From Chiloscyllium plagiosum (Eukaryota): a stretch of DNA of 64,000 bases. Numbering within the stretch: position 1 is the first letter of the stretch; the number at the start of each line of letters is the position of its first letter. The notes under the pieces were generated by a model. That model did no database searches and was not told where the DNA came from. It was given only the letters and a program-made list of their open reading frames with translations. This document shows positions 25,923 through 37,799 of the stretch, in pieces. The stretch is from NCBI RefSeq assembly GCF_004010195.1, contig NC_057718.1:67234588-67298587 (forward strand). Direction: 5' to 3'. A program made the position numbers and the translations under genes.

Positions 25923-27291
25923 TGCATCATCACATCGTGACCTGCCCTTGTAGCCACAGCATGTATATGGCTGGTCCAGTTCTAATTCTGATCAATTGTA
26001 AAATCTAGGATAATGATAGCGTGGAACTTAGCAATTGCAATACCATTGAATTTCAAGGAATGCTAGTTAGATTCTGTCACATTGGATATGGCCATTGTGT
26101 AGCACAAATGTTACTTAATAGAAATAGAATAGAACATTCCAGCGCAGTACATGTGCTTTGGCCCTCAATGTTGTGCTGACCTGTGGAACCAATCTGAAGC
26201 CTATCTATCCTGCAATACTCCATTTTCATCCTAATGTTTATCCAATGACCATTTAAATGCCCTTAAAGTTGCTGAGTCTACTACTGTTGCAGGCAGTGCA
26301 TTCCACGCCCCTACTACTCTCTGAATAAAGAAACTACCTCTGACATCTCTCCTATATTTATCACCCCTCAACTTAAAACAATGTCCCCTTGTGCTAGCTA
26401 TCACCATCCGAGGAAAAAAGCACTCAATCTAACCCTCAGATTATCTTATATGTCTCAATTAAGTCACCTCGCAACCTTCTTCTCTATAATGAAAACAGCT
26501 TCAAGTCCATTAGCCTTTCCTCATTAGATCTTCCCTCCATACAAGGCAGCATCCCAGTAAATCTCCTCTGAACCCTTTCCAAAGCTTCCACATCCTTCCT
26601 ATAATGTGATGACCAGAGCGGTACGCATTACTCCAAGTGCAGCAGCATCAGAGTTTTGTACAGCTGCAGCATGACCTCGTGGTTCCGAAACTCAATCCCT
26701 TTTCCAATAAATGTTAACACACCATATACCTTCGTAACAACCCTGTCAACCAGGGTAGCAACTGTCAACCAGGGTAGCAACTGTCAGGGATCTATGTACA
26801 TGGACACCAAGATCTTTCTACTCATCTACACTACCAAGAGTCTTACCATTAGCCTGGTACTCATTATTCCTGTTGCTCCTTCCAAAATGATGTGCCTCAA
26901 GCTTTTCCACATTAAACTCCATTTGCCACCTCTCAACCCAGCTCTGCAGCTAATCTATGTCCTTCTGTAACCTACAACATTCTTCAGCACTATACACAAA
27001 TCCACCGACCTTAGTGTCATCCACAAATTTACTAACCCATCCTTCGACACCCTCATTTAAGTCATTTATAAAAATGGCAAATAGCTCTGCCCCCAAAACA
27101 GATCCTTGCGGTATACCACTAGTATCTGAACTCCAGGATGAATATTTCCCATCAACTATGACCCTCTGTCTTCTTTCAGCTAGCCAATTGCTGATCCAAA
27201 CCGCTAAATCACCCTCAATCCCATGCTTCCATATTTTGTGCAATAGCCTACCATGGGGAAGTTTATCAAACACCTTACTGAAAGCCATATC

Positions 27292-28249
27292 CAGAGGAAC
27301 CTTGATTATCCGAACGAGATGGGCGGGCACTATTTCGTTTGGATAATTAATTCAATGCTTCACCTCTGGGGCTCAGAGTTTTCAGAACTTTCCTTTTTTC
27401 CTCGCTCTGCCTGCCTTGGTCCCTCTCTCTGTCTCAGGATTTGTTTCTGGGCAGACATACAAGTGTGTGTAAAGTGCCTGCAACATTGCTGAAGCCTCCC
27501 CCTGCCCCATCCGTTCAATGGGATTGGCACAGCAAGCACTTGCTAATCCTGTTCCCTGTTCAGGAGACTAGGCAGCAACACACCACGCGAGAGCCCCTGC
27601 CCCCTTGTGCATCACCGCCCCCCATCCGTTCCCATGCCCCGCCCCCATCCACTCCCACAACTCTGTCCAACCCCAGCACATGTCTGCCCCCTTACCATCT
27701 CCCCAAATCCGTCCAAATGCACATCCCCCAACTCCCACCATGGGGCAGCCAGACTGGACACCAACAGTAAGACTGCTGCTGCCTTTGGAGGGTGGGGTGA
27801 GTCTCAAAATAGCACACACACACACACACGCACACACACAGACACAGACACAGACACAGACATACACATGCGCGCACATAGCATACATACACACACACAT
27901 AACTTTTTACTGCAACATTTTGACAAGTCCCACCTTTACCCTGTACAGGATAATGTTGGAGAGATTTTCTGGGGAAGGGGGATTCAGGGTTACACCCCTG
28001 TGTAGATCTCCAGGGTAAGTGCAGGGGAGAGAGAGAGGTCGGGAAGTCAGCCATTTGGAGATGGTGCCTGGGCTCCCATCCATGACCAGGACTGTTCTCA
28101 GCAACATTTCAGTAAGCCGAGTTTGTCTTTAGTCATTGTAAACAAAAGATGCAATCAGTGGTGGAAACACCTCTTTGATGTAATGTCTCTATCGGGACCT
28201 TGAGATTTTCTTTGGATATTCCGAAATTCGGATAATCAAGGTTCCTTTG
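27292..28249. mobile_element. Tigger/pogo-type (Tc1/mariner) non-autonomous DNA transposon
   Basis: TIRs CAGAGGAACCTTGATTATCCGAA / TTCGGATAATCAAGGTTCCTTTG; TA on the right (28250-28251) and a mutated TC on the left; the CR1 sequence is contiguous across it. Confidence 0.9.
27812..27900 (+). repeat. (CA)n / (CACAGA)n compound microsatellite
   Basis: Directly visible. Confidence 0.95.
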
Positions 28250-28460
28250 TACACCACATCAACCGCTTTACCCTCATCCACCTGTTTGGTCACCTCCTCA
28301 AAGAACTCAATAAGGTTTATGAGATGCGACCTACCCTTCACAAAACTATGCTGACTATCCCTAATCAACTTATTTCTCTCTAGATGATTATAAACCCTAT
28401 CTCTTATAACCTTTTCCAACACTTTTTACAACCGAAGCAAGGCTCACTGGTCTATAATTG

Positions 28461-28781
28461 ATTAGATTAGACTCCCTACACTATGGAAACAAGCCCTTTG
28501 GCCCAACAAGTCCACATCAACCCTCCGAAGAGTAACCCACTCAGACCCAGTCCCCTACCCTATATTTACCCCTGACTAATACACCTAACACTATGGGCAA
28601 TGTAGCATGGTCAATTCACCTGACCTGTACATCTTTGAATTGTGGGAGGAAATCCATGCAGACATGGGGAGAATGTGCAAACTTCACAAAGATAGTTGCC
28701 TGACGAACCCAGATCCCAGATAGTTGGGATTCGAACCCAGATCCCTTGTGCTGTGAGGCACCACTGAGCCACCGTGCTGCC
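28461..28781 (-). mobile_element. HE1-type SINE
   Basis: GGGCAGCACGGTGGCTCAGTGG head on the minus strand; (TCTAA)n tail. Confidence 0.92.
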
Positions 28782-29157
28782 CCAGGGTTGTCTTTACTCC
28801 CCTTCTTGAAGAAGGGGACAACATTTGCTATTGTCCAGTCTTCTGGCACAATTCCTGTAGACAATGATGACATAAAAATCAAAACTAAAGGCTCCGCAGT
28901 CTCCTCCCTGGCTTCTTGCAGAATCCTAGGATAAATCCCTCCTTCCCAGGGGACTTATCTATTTTCACACTTTTCAGAATTGCTAAAACCTCTTCCTTGT
29001 GAACCTTCGTCCAGATAATCTCATAGCCTGTATTCTCCTCGACAACGTTATATTTTTCAGTATGAATACTGATGAAAATTATTCATTTAGCACTTCCCCT
29101 ATCTCATCAGACTCCAAGCACAACTTTCCACTACTATCCTTGATTGGTCCTAATCTT

Positions 29158-29355
29158 GTGTTGCTGGAAAAGCACAGCAGGTCAGACAGCATCCAAGGAG
29201 CAGGAGAATCGATGTTTCGGGCATAAGCCCTTCTTCAGGCTTATGCCTGAAACATCGATTATCCTGCTCCTTTGATGCTGCCTGACCTGCTGCACTTTTC
29301 CAGCAACACATTTTTCAGCTCTGATCTCCAGCATCTGCAGTCCTCACTTTCTCCC
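29158..29355. mobile_element. PLE-derived fold-back mini-element with hammerhead motif
   Basis: Inverted arms of about 70 bp; TSD TTGGTCCTAATCTT at 29144-29157 and 29356-29369. Confidence 0.92.
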
Positions 29356-29873
29356 TTGGTCCTAATCTTACACTAGTCATTCTTTTATTCCTGATATATC
29401 TGTAGAAAGCTTCAGGGTTTTTCTTGATCCTATCTGCTAACAACTTCTCATGTCCCCTCCTGGCTCTGCATAGTCTCTCTTTAGGTCTTTCCTGGCTAAG
29501 TTGTAACTCTCAAGTGCCCGAACTGAGCCTTCACATCTCATCCTAACATAAGCCCTCATCTTCCTTGTCACTAGTTAACCATAAATGTTGTCTAGGTCTT
29601 GCTGTACATTGTCATGGACCATTTTTGTATCTAAGGAATTATGAATGGCACTGAACATTAGGCAAACATCAGCAAATGTCCCCACTTCTGACCTTATGGT
29701 TGAAGGTAGTTCATTGATAAAGCAGCTGAAGCGATTGTGCTTAGGACACAATCCTGTAGTGTCTGAGATTATTGATCTCCAACAGTCACAACTATTGCCA
29801 GAATGTTGCCAGGGTTCAGAGTTTTTGCAGCATCCAATGCCTCCAGTTATTGCTTGGCATCACATGATTGAAG

Positions 29874-29966
29874 GGCCTGATGAAGGGCTTTTGCCCAAAA
29901 TGTCAATTTTCCTGCTCCTTGGATGCTGCCTGACATGCTTTGCTTTTCCAGTACCACTCTAATCTA
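29874..29966 (+). mobile_element. PLE-derived mini-element with hammerhead motif
   Basis: CCTGATGAAGGGCTTTTGCCC; TSD ATCACAT(G/A)ATTGAAG at 29859-29873 and 29967-29981. Confidence 0.9.
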
Positions 29967-31006
29967 ATCACATAATTGAAGTTAATTGGCTGAGCACTGG
30001 CACCTGAACAACTATATGGCCAATGCATTTCCTCTTGTAGAACATAAGAACTTAGAACAGTACAGTACAGGTCCTTCAAAACTCGATGTTGTGCCAGCCT
30101 TTTATCCTACTCTAAGATCAGTCTAACCTACATACCCTTCGTTGTACTATCTTCCATAAACCTATCCAAGAATCACTTAAATGTCCCTAATGTATCTGAC
30201 TCTATTACCTCTGCTGGCTATGCATTCCACACATCCACCACTATCTATGTAAAGAGCTTACCTCTGATATTTCCCCGAAACCTTCCTCCAATTACCTTAA
30301 AAGTATGCCTCTTCATGATAGACATTTCCACCATTGGAAAAGTCTCTGCATATCCATGCTATTTTTGCCTTTCATCATCTTATACATCTCTATCAAGTCA
30401 CCTTTCATCCTTCTTCGCTCCAATGAGAAAAGCCATTGCTCCCTCAACCTTTCTTCATTAGACATGCCCTCTGGTCCAGGCAGCATCCTAACAAATCTCC
30501 TCTGCATCCTCTCTAAAGCTTCCACAGTCTTTTGTACAATTAGGCAACCAGAACTGAACACAGTGTGATCTAACCAAGGCTCTATAGAGCTGTGGCATAA
30601 CCTTGCAGCTCTTAAACTCAATCCCCTTGCCAATGAAAGCCAACACACCTTCTTAACAACCCTGTCAACCAGAGAGATCTATGGATATGAACCCCAAGTT
30701 CCCTCTTTCCTCCACACTGCTAAGAATCCTGTCTTTCCCCCTGTATTCTGCATTCAAATTCGACCTTCCAAAGTGAACAATTTCACACTTTTCCAAGTTG
30801 AACTCCATCTGCCGATTATCAGCCCAGTTCTGCATTCTGTCAATGTCCTGTTGCAACCTACAAAGCCTTCCACACTATTCACAACTCCACCAAACTTTGT
30901 GTCATTGGCAAACTTACTAACCCATCCTTCTACTTCCTCATCCAAGTCATTTATAAAATCACGAAGAGCAGAGGTCCCAGAACTGCTCCCTGTGGAACGC
31001 CACTGG

Positions 31007-31554
31007 TCACCGAGCTCCAGGCTGAATACTTTACATCAACCACCACCCTCTGTCTTCTGTGGTCTAGCCAATTCTGTATCCAGACAGACAGGTTTCTCTG
31101 TATCCCATGCCTCCTTTTGAGTGAGTCTATCTTGGGGACCCTTATGAAAGGTCCACTGCTATATCTTCATCAATGTGTTTTGTCACATCCTCAAGAATTC
31201 AATAAGGTTTATGAGGCAGGACCTGCCCCTAGAACTACCCCTCATGTTAACTATCTCTAATCAAACTCACCGAGCTCCAGGCTGAATATTTTACATCAAC
31301 CACCACCCTCTGTCTTCTGTGGTCCAGCCAATTCTGTATCCAGACAGACAGGTTTCTCTGTATTCCATGCCTCCTTTTGAGTGAGCCTATCTTGGGGCCC
31401 CTTATGAAAGGGCCTTGTTAAAATCCATGTACGCCATGTCAACTGCTCTATCTTCATCAATGTGTTTTGTCACATCCTCAAGAATTCAATAAGGTTTATG
31501 AGGCAGGACCTGCCCCTAGAACTACCCCTCATGTTAACTATCTCTAATCAAACT
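31007..31554. repeat. Tandem duplication of about 260-290 bp within the CR1
   Basis: TCACCGAGCTCCAGGCTGAATA... starts at 31007 and 31267; the first copy has an internal deletion of about 27 bp. Confidence 0.95.
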
Positions 31555-31561
31555 ATGATTT

Positions 31562-32023
31562 GAAGGAGCTGGTGTTGGACTGGGGTGGACAAAATTAAAA
31601 ATCTCACAACGGCAGGTTATAGTCCAACAGGTTTATTTGGAATGCAGATTCTTCATCAGGTGGTTGTGAAGCAGGATCATCAGACACAGAATTTATAGCA
31701 ATATGTCATGCAGCTGAAATATATTGAACAGAACTAGATTAAGTCTTTCATCTTTTAGAATGGGTTTGTTAGTTTCAGTTTTTAATGTGTATTCTGGGAT
31801 TTACATATTAAAGAACTGAAACTAACAAAACAATTCTAAAAGATGAAAGACATAACAATCTAGGTTTGTTCAATGTATTATTGTATCACTGTAATGTTTT
31901 GCTATAAATTCTGTGTCTTATGATCCTGCTTCACAACCACCTGCTGAGGAAGCAGTACTTCGAAAGCCAATGCCTCCAATTAAACCTGTTGGACTATAAC
32001 CTGGTGTTGTGTGATTTTTAACT
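31562..32023. mobile_element. Long fold-back PLE-derived element (second hammerhead family)
   Basis: Inverted arms of about 200 bp centred near 31795; TSD TAATCAAACTAT(GA/GG)TTT at 31545-31561 and 32024-32040. Confidence 0.88.
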
Positions 32024-34973
32024 TAATCAAACTATGGTTTTCCAAATAATCATAAATCCTATCTCTCAGAATCTTCCCCAATACTTTGCCCACCACTGAT
32101 GTAAGACTGACAGGTATGTGATTCCCAAGACTTTCCCTATTCCCTTTCTTGAACAATAACACTTGCCTCCCTCCGATCATCTGGCACTATTCCAGTGAAC
32201 AGTGAGGACTCATAGATCATTGCCAAAGGTGCAGCAATCTCTTCCCTCACTTCCTGAATACACCCTGGGTTTTTTCCTGTCTGGCTCAGGATATTTATCT
32301 ATCCTTATGTTTTTCAAAATTTCCAGCACATCCTCCTTCCTAACATTAACCTGTTTTAGTATATCAGCCTGTTTTATGCTGTCCACAGAAATGTCAAAGT
32401 CCCTCTCAGTAATGAATACTGAAGGAAAGTATTCATTAAGGAATCTTCCTTAATTCCTCCAACTCCAAACTCAAGTTCCCTCCACTATACCTGATCGACC
32501 GTACCCTCACTCTGGCCATCCTCTTTTCCCTCACATAAGTGTAGAATGCTTTAGGGTTTTCCTTAGTCCTACCTCTTCTAGCTCTCCAAAGTCCGTTCTT
32601 CAGTTCCTTCCTGGCTATCTTGTAACTCACTAGAGCCCTGTCTGATCCTTGCCTCCTCAACCTTAAATAAGCTTCCTTCTCCCTCTTGACTAGATTTTCC
32701 ACAGGTTCTTTCAACCTACCATCCCTTCCTTGCTTCAGTGGGACAAACCTGTCTAGCACTATCAGCAGGTGCTTCCTAAACAACTTCCACATTTCTGTTG
32801 TGCATTTCCCTGAGAACATCTGTTCCCAATTTAGGTGCCCAAGTTCCTGCCCAGTAGCACTTTAATTCCCCCTTCCCCAATTAAATCCTTTCCAATACTG
32901 TCTGCTCCTAGCCTTCACCATGAGTATTATAATGGTCACGGAGTTGTGACCACTATCACCGAAATGCTTTCCCACCAAGACATCTGACACCTGGCCTGGT
33001 TTGATTCCATGCATGAAATCCAATGGGGCCTCCCCTCTAGTTGGTCTATCTACATATTGCATCAGGAACCCTTCCGGACACACCTGACAAAAACTGCTCC
33101 ATCCAAACAATTTGAACTAAGTAGGTTCCAATCAATATTAGGAAGTTAAAGTTGCTCATGACAACAACCCTGTTACTTCTGCACCTTTCCAAACTCTGCC
33201 TCTCAATCTGCTCCTCTGTGTCTCTGTTGCAATTGGGGGGGGCCTGTAGAAAACTCCGAGTACAGTGACTGCTCCTTTCCTGTTTCTGACTTCCATCCAT
33301 ACTGACTCTATAGACAAACCCTCTTCGATGCTCTCCCTTTCTGCAGCTGTGATACTGTCCCTGATTAGCATTGCCACTCCTCCACCTCTTTTACCTCCCT
33401 CCATTATTCCTTGAACCCTGGAATATCCAACAACCATTTCCGCCCCTGTCATATCCAAGTCTCCATAATGGCCACAACATCATAGTTCCAAGTACTAATC
33501 CATGCTCTGAGTTCATTACCCTTTTTCCTGATACTTCTTGTCTTAAAATGGACACACTTCAAACCATCACACCGGCTGTATCTTTGCCCTATCAAGTCCC
33601 TATCCCTCCTCACAGACTCTCTGCATGCTGCATCTGGCTGTTCACTACCAACTCCATCATTTGATCCATAGCTCAGGTTCCCACCCCCTGCCAATCTAGT
33701 TTAAACTGTCCCAAAGAGCCCTAGCAAACCTCCCACCCAGGATATTGGTGCCCTTCTAGTTCATGTGCACCCATCCTTCTTGCATAGGTCCCACCTTCCC
33801 CAGAAGGTATTCCAATGATACACGTATCTGAAGTCCTCCCTCCTGCAGCCACACATTCATTTGCACTCACTCTCTATTCCTAGTCTCACTAGCACGTGGC
33901 ACTGGTGGCAATCCTGAGATTACTACTCTGCTCGTTCTGCCTTCTAGCTTCCAACCTAACTCCCTATATTTTCTTTTTAGATCCTCCTTCCTCTCCCTAC
34001 CTTTGTCATTGGTACCAATGCATACCGTGATTTCTGGCTGCTCTCCCTCCCCCTTAAGAATCCTGTGGACTCAATCCGAGAGGCAACGCACCATTTTGGA
34101 GTCTCACTCGTGATCACAGAATCTCCTATCACTATTGCTCTCCCATTCTCCCCCCTTTCCTTCTGAGCCACAGAGCCAGGCTCAGTGCCAGAAACCTGGC
34201 TGCTGTGGCTTTCCCCTGGTAGGTCCCCCCAGCAGATTCCAAAACAGTATACTGTACTTATTAATGAGGGAGGCGGCCATGGGGTCTCCATGCACTGCCT
34301 GCCAGTCCCTTTCCCTCTCCTGACGGTTCTACCTTTGACCTGTAACTTAGGTGTGACTACCTCTCTTTCACTTCTCTCTATCACCCCTCATCTTCCCGAA
34401 TGATCCGAAGTTCGTCCAGCTCCAGCTCAGTTCCCTAACCCAGTCTGTGAGGATCTGGAGTTGGGTGCACTTCTCACAGGCAAAGTCAGCAGAGACACCA
34501 GTGGTGAGCTTTACCTCCCATATCCTGCAAGAGGAGCATACAACTGCCTTAGCCTCCATCCCCTCTGCTCTAAATTGCGAAAAGAGATTGAATAAATGAA
34601 AAGAAACAACTATAAATGCCTTGTCTTACCTTACCAAGCCTCCACACATGGTCTTTTTTGTTTGGTTAGAGGAGGAGGACGGGTGGGAGACACGACAGGT
34701 GTAATGTCTTGAGTTTAGCCACAGCCCAAATATATCAGTTCACATGCTCAGCAATCCCTGTGTCTGTTATGCCTTCGCTGCACCTACTCATCAGGTAAGT
34801 CTTTAAGAGGGAAATATCACCTTCCCAGCAGCCCCCGGTCTTTGCTCTCACCACTCCTGCTGCTGGTGCAAATGGAGACCGCTGCTTCCACGAGGTAAGT
34901 CTTTAATCAGAAAATTTATCTTCCCAGCAGACCCCGGGTCCTCACACTCACTGCTCCTGCTACTGCTGCTGAA

Positions 34974-35309
34974 TGTAATGTTGATCTCTGTAGAGAAAAC
35001 TTTGTTAACTTGTGTGAATGTATGTTAGGTTAACTAGAAGAGTGTATATTTGTATTGACATATTTCAAACTCTGTGTTAACAAGCTTTACATCTTTATTG
35101 AAGAAGTCTTGTTTTATTAGAAATAATGAATTTTACTGTCTATTATAAAAACTTGATTGGTAGATTTTTATTCTGAAACAAATAGATTAACGTATATAAT
35201 TGGCCATATGGATAATCAGGTAAAACAACTTTTTTTAACATGTGCCATGACTATTGGATCAATGTAAACACAAGGGGACAGTACACTCCTTGCACCTTGA
35301 TCATAACAA
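34974..35309 (+). mobile_element. Possible LTR remnant (Gypsy-like)
   Basis: Starts TGTAATG and ends ...GATCATAACA; AT-rich; no TSD found. Confidence 0.35.
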
Positions 35310-36789
35310 GTGGGGCAACTACAATGAATAAGCAGCTATTGTTCATGTGTGATTATTTTCTTGATAATCCATGTACTTAAGTAATTTATAGCTGTAAAAA
35401 TAGTACATGCAACTATTTTTGTGTTTTATGAAAAGGATATTTGAGGAAATGTGTGAATTCACTGTAATTTGTACACTATATTTCCCCACTGGCCATAGAC
35501 TTGGGACCTCTGAAGTAATTATTTTCTATTTAGAAGCTTGAGATAGAAACAATTAAAACCAGCACAAGTACACTTCAACACTTCCCTTGAAAACTGTCGC
35601 CCATTATTATGATGACCTCTCAACCAAAATAATCCTTCACTACAGTTTAACCAAGATTATGTGCTCAAGAGTCAGTGAATGGATCTGGTAAATCAAAATG
35701 TAATGAATTTCTAAACATAAAAACTTACAGGAAAAGATGAAGATAGTGGGAGGCAAAAAGATTCTTTGTTACCCAAAGGAACCATGAATTATAGTAAAAT
35801 GCATTTTTAATTTTGCTACAAGGAGGATATGAAGAGATGAAGGACTGTGGAGAATAACTATTGCATGACAACAAAATATGGAACAATTTTTTTGAAAAAG
35901 CATGTTTATTCAGACATTAGTACCATTATAGTTGGTTGTTCACATGGTGATAACAATTAGCAAGGAATATCACCTTTTTAAAATCATATTAATAGTCCCA
36001 CTGAAATTCACCATAATAAAGAAGGATCATTGAATTTGTAATTGTTGTTGCATTTCTTATTGTGTTGGCTGTTCCTGTTGTATGTATTTTTGAAAAACCA
36101 ATCACTGGCAGTTTATGGATAGGATAATTAACTGCTACAAACTAAATCTTAATGAGACATAAACCATTTCAGACCCATTACCTTATAGAACATTTCTTCT
36201 CAAGTTTTATTACCCACATTCACATACAAATATATTAAATTATATTTACCTCTCCCACAAAGTCTCTTATTTTGTAAATTCAGGCAGTTTGGATGTTTCA
36301 TGTTTCTCCCTGAATACTTGGAAGATTTCTTCCTTTCTTTGCCCTGAGGATTATTGATCTTGGTTCTGTTCTTGACCTTGTGCAGTTTGTCAGGTTTTTC
36401 TCCAGTTGGCAGACATTTTATCTCTGAGATGATCTTTGTTGAGGACATTGGTCTTGCTAAACCAGATAATTTCTCAATCACCATATCTGGAAAACCCTTA
36501 GTCTCCTGAATTTCTGCTCCCCAAGATGGCAGTGACAAAGTAGGCAGCATTTGGATTCCTCAGATCAGAGCTTGTCAATTCGTCTGAATTTTTAGTCCCT
36601 TTCTTCTTCCTCTTTATTTTTTAAGATTTTAAAGTGCTTTTCTTTTCTGACCTGAAAGCTTACCTTGGAACAGCTGACAGCTGGAGTGAAGTAGGCTGGC
36701 AGCTTGGAATGGTAAAGAACATTTGAGAGCCAGAGGAGAGCTGGCTAGAGGCCTGGAGTGATGCAGCGCATCTGAAAGCCAGAGGGTAG

Positions 36790-37085
36790 CTGGCTGGATG
36801 CTAGGAGTGGTGTAGAGCATCTGAGACCCGGAGTGGTCCTGGGTGGAGGCCTGCAGCAGTGCGGAGTGGTGTGGAGCTGAGGCCCGGAGTGGACCTGGGT
36901 GGAGGCCTGCAGCAGTGTGGAGTGGTGTGGTGCTAAGAGTCGGAGAGGACCTGGCTGGAGGCCTGCATCGGTGTGGAGTGGTGTGGAGCTGGGAGGCGGA
37001 GTGGATCAGGCTGGAGGCCTGCAGCAGTGCAGAGTGGTGTGGAGTTGAGAGCCGAAGTGGAACCTGCTGGAATCCTGGAGCAGCT
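36790..37085 (+). repeat. 56-bp G-rich minisatellite (about 5 copies)
   Basis: GGAGGCCTGCAGCAGTGCGGAGTGGTGTGGAGCTGAG... begins at 36845, 36901, 36957 and 37013. Confidence 0.95.
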
Positions 37086-37200
37086 GAGAGTTGGAGCAGA
37101 GCTGGCTTAAGGCATGGAGAGAAGTGGAGACGATTGTTGGTTTGAGGTCTAATGTGAAGGGTCAGCAGATTGAGAGGCTGGTCAGATCACATATGGAAGG

Positions 37201-37345
37201 AGACAGTGAGGTCTGGAGATCAGAGTTGAGAGTGTATTGTTGGAAAAGCACAGCAGTTCAGGCAGCATCCGAGGAGCAGGAAAATTGACATTTCCGGCCA
37301 TTTCCTGATGAAGGGCTCCAGCCTGAAACGTCGATTTTCCTGCTC
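37201..37345. mobile_element. PLE-derived fold-back mini-element with hammerhead motif
   Basis: CTGATGAAGGGCTCCAGCCTGAAACGTCGA at 37305; degenerate TSD CAGATCACATATGGAAGG / CAGACCACATGGAAGG. Confidence 0.85.
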
Positions 37346-37438
37346 CAGACCACATGGAAGGCACTGCGTGAACTACTACAATTTGATGTTTATCTGTAAT
37401 TTGTAACCTGACTGTAATGTTTATCCTTTTAACTATGA

Positions 37439-37540
37439 GCACAAACAGAAATTGTTGAAAAAGTTCAGCAGGTCTGGAATCATCTGTGAAGAGAAATCAG
37501 AGTTAATGTGTTGGGTCCGGTAACCCTTCCTCAGGACTCC
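37439..37540 (-). mobile_element. PLE-derived mini-element (third family, decayed hammerhead)
   Basis: Minus strand GAGTCCTGAGGAAGGGTTACCGGACCC..ATTAACTC; homologous to 56672-56881. Confidence 0.75.
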
Positions 37541-37799
37541 TCCATTCTGGAGTCTCTCATCACTGGAATAATTCTTGTAAACCACTCTGCATTCTTTTCA
37601 ATACATGCACATCTTTCCTATAAAATGACACTTACAACCAAACAAAATATTTGCACTGGGGTCTGCCATGTGTCTTATACAGGTTCAACATCACTTCCTT
37701 GCTCTTATACTATGCCCTTATTAAAAATGTTAGAGACACTGTGTTTTATTAACTGCACTTTTTACCTGTCCTGCCTTATTTTGGCTCAAGCCAATTTCA

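Larger units (their letters stand above)
26116..29566 (-). mobile_element. CR1 LINE (ORF2 RT and 3' tail) carrying three nested insertions
   Basis: VPEDWTIANVVP, DSQHSFVKGRS, FSKVFDKLPHGRLL, GIPQGSVLG and KFVDDTK; (TTCTA)n tail at 26116-26137. Confidence 0.92.
25300..29800 (-). mobile_element. L2/CR1-group LINE 3' part, in pieces 25300-26115 and 29567-29800, split by a CR1
   Basis: Tail TTGAGAAGGTGGTGGTGAG at 25368; the sequence breaks at GCACAAATGTTACTT and resumes as ...AATGTTGTCTAGGTCTTGCTG. Confidence 0.7.
30038..34972 (-). mobile_element. Near full-length decayed CR1 LINE (5' UTR, ORF1, ORF2 and tail)
   Basis: ORF1 MEAKAVVCSSCRIWEV..CEKC and IVIGDS; EN WNYDVVAIMETW and VFYRPP; RT KFANDTK; tail at 30038-30070. 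Confidence 0.92.

Noticed and set aside
27568..28054. Overlapping ORFs of 110-137 aa
   Set aside because: Low-complexity (CA)n and C-rich sequence inside a MITE.
36200..36550. 116-aa minus-strand ORF with a donor-like GAG|GTAAAT, as a host exon
   Set aside because: No recognisable protein and in-frame stops just upstream; it may be another decayed gag piece.
36790..37085. CRISPR-like array
   Set aside because: It is a tandem minisatellite without unique spacers, in eukaryotic DNA.
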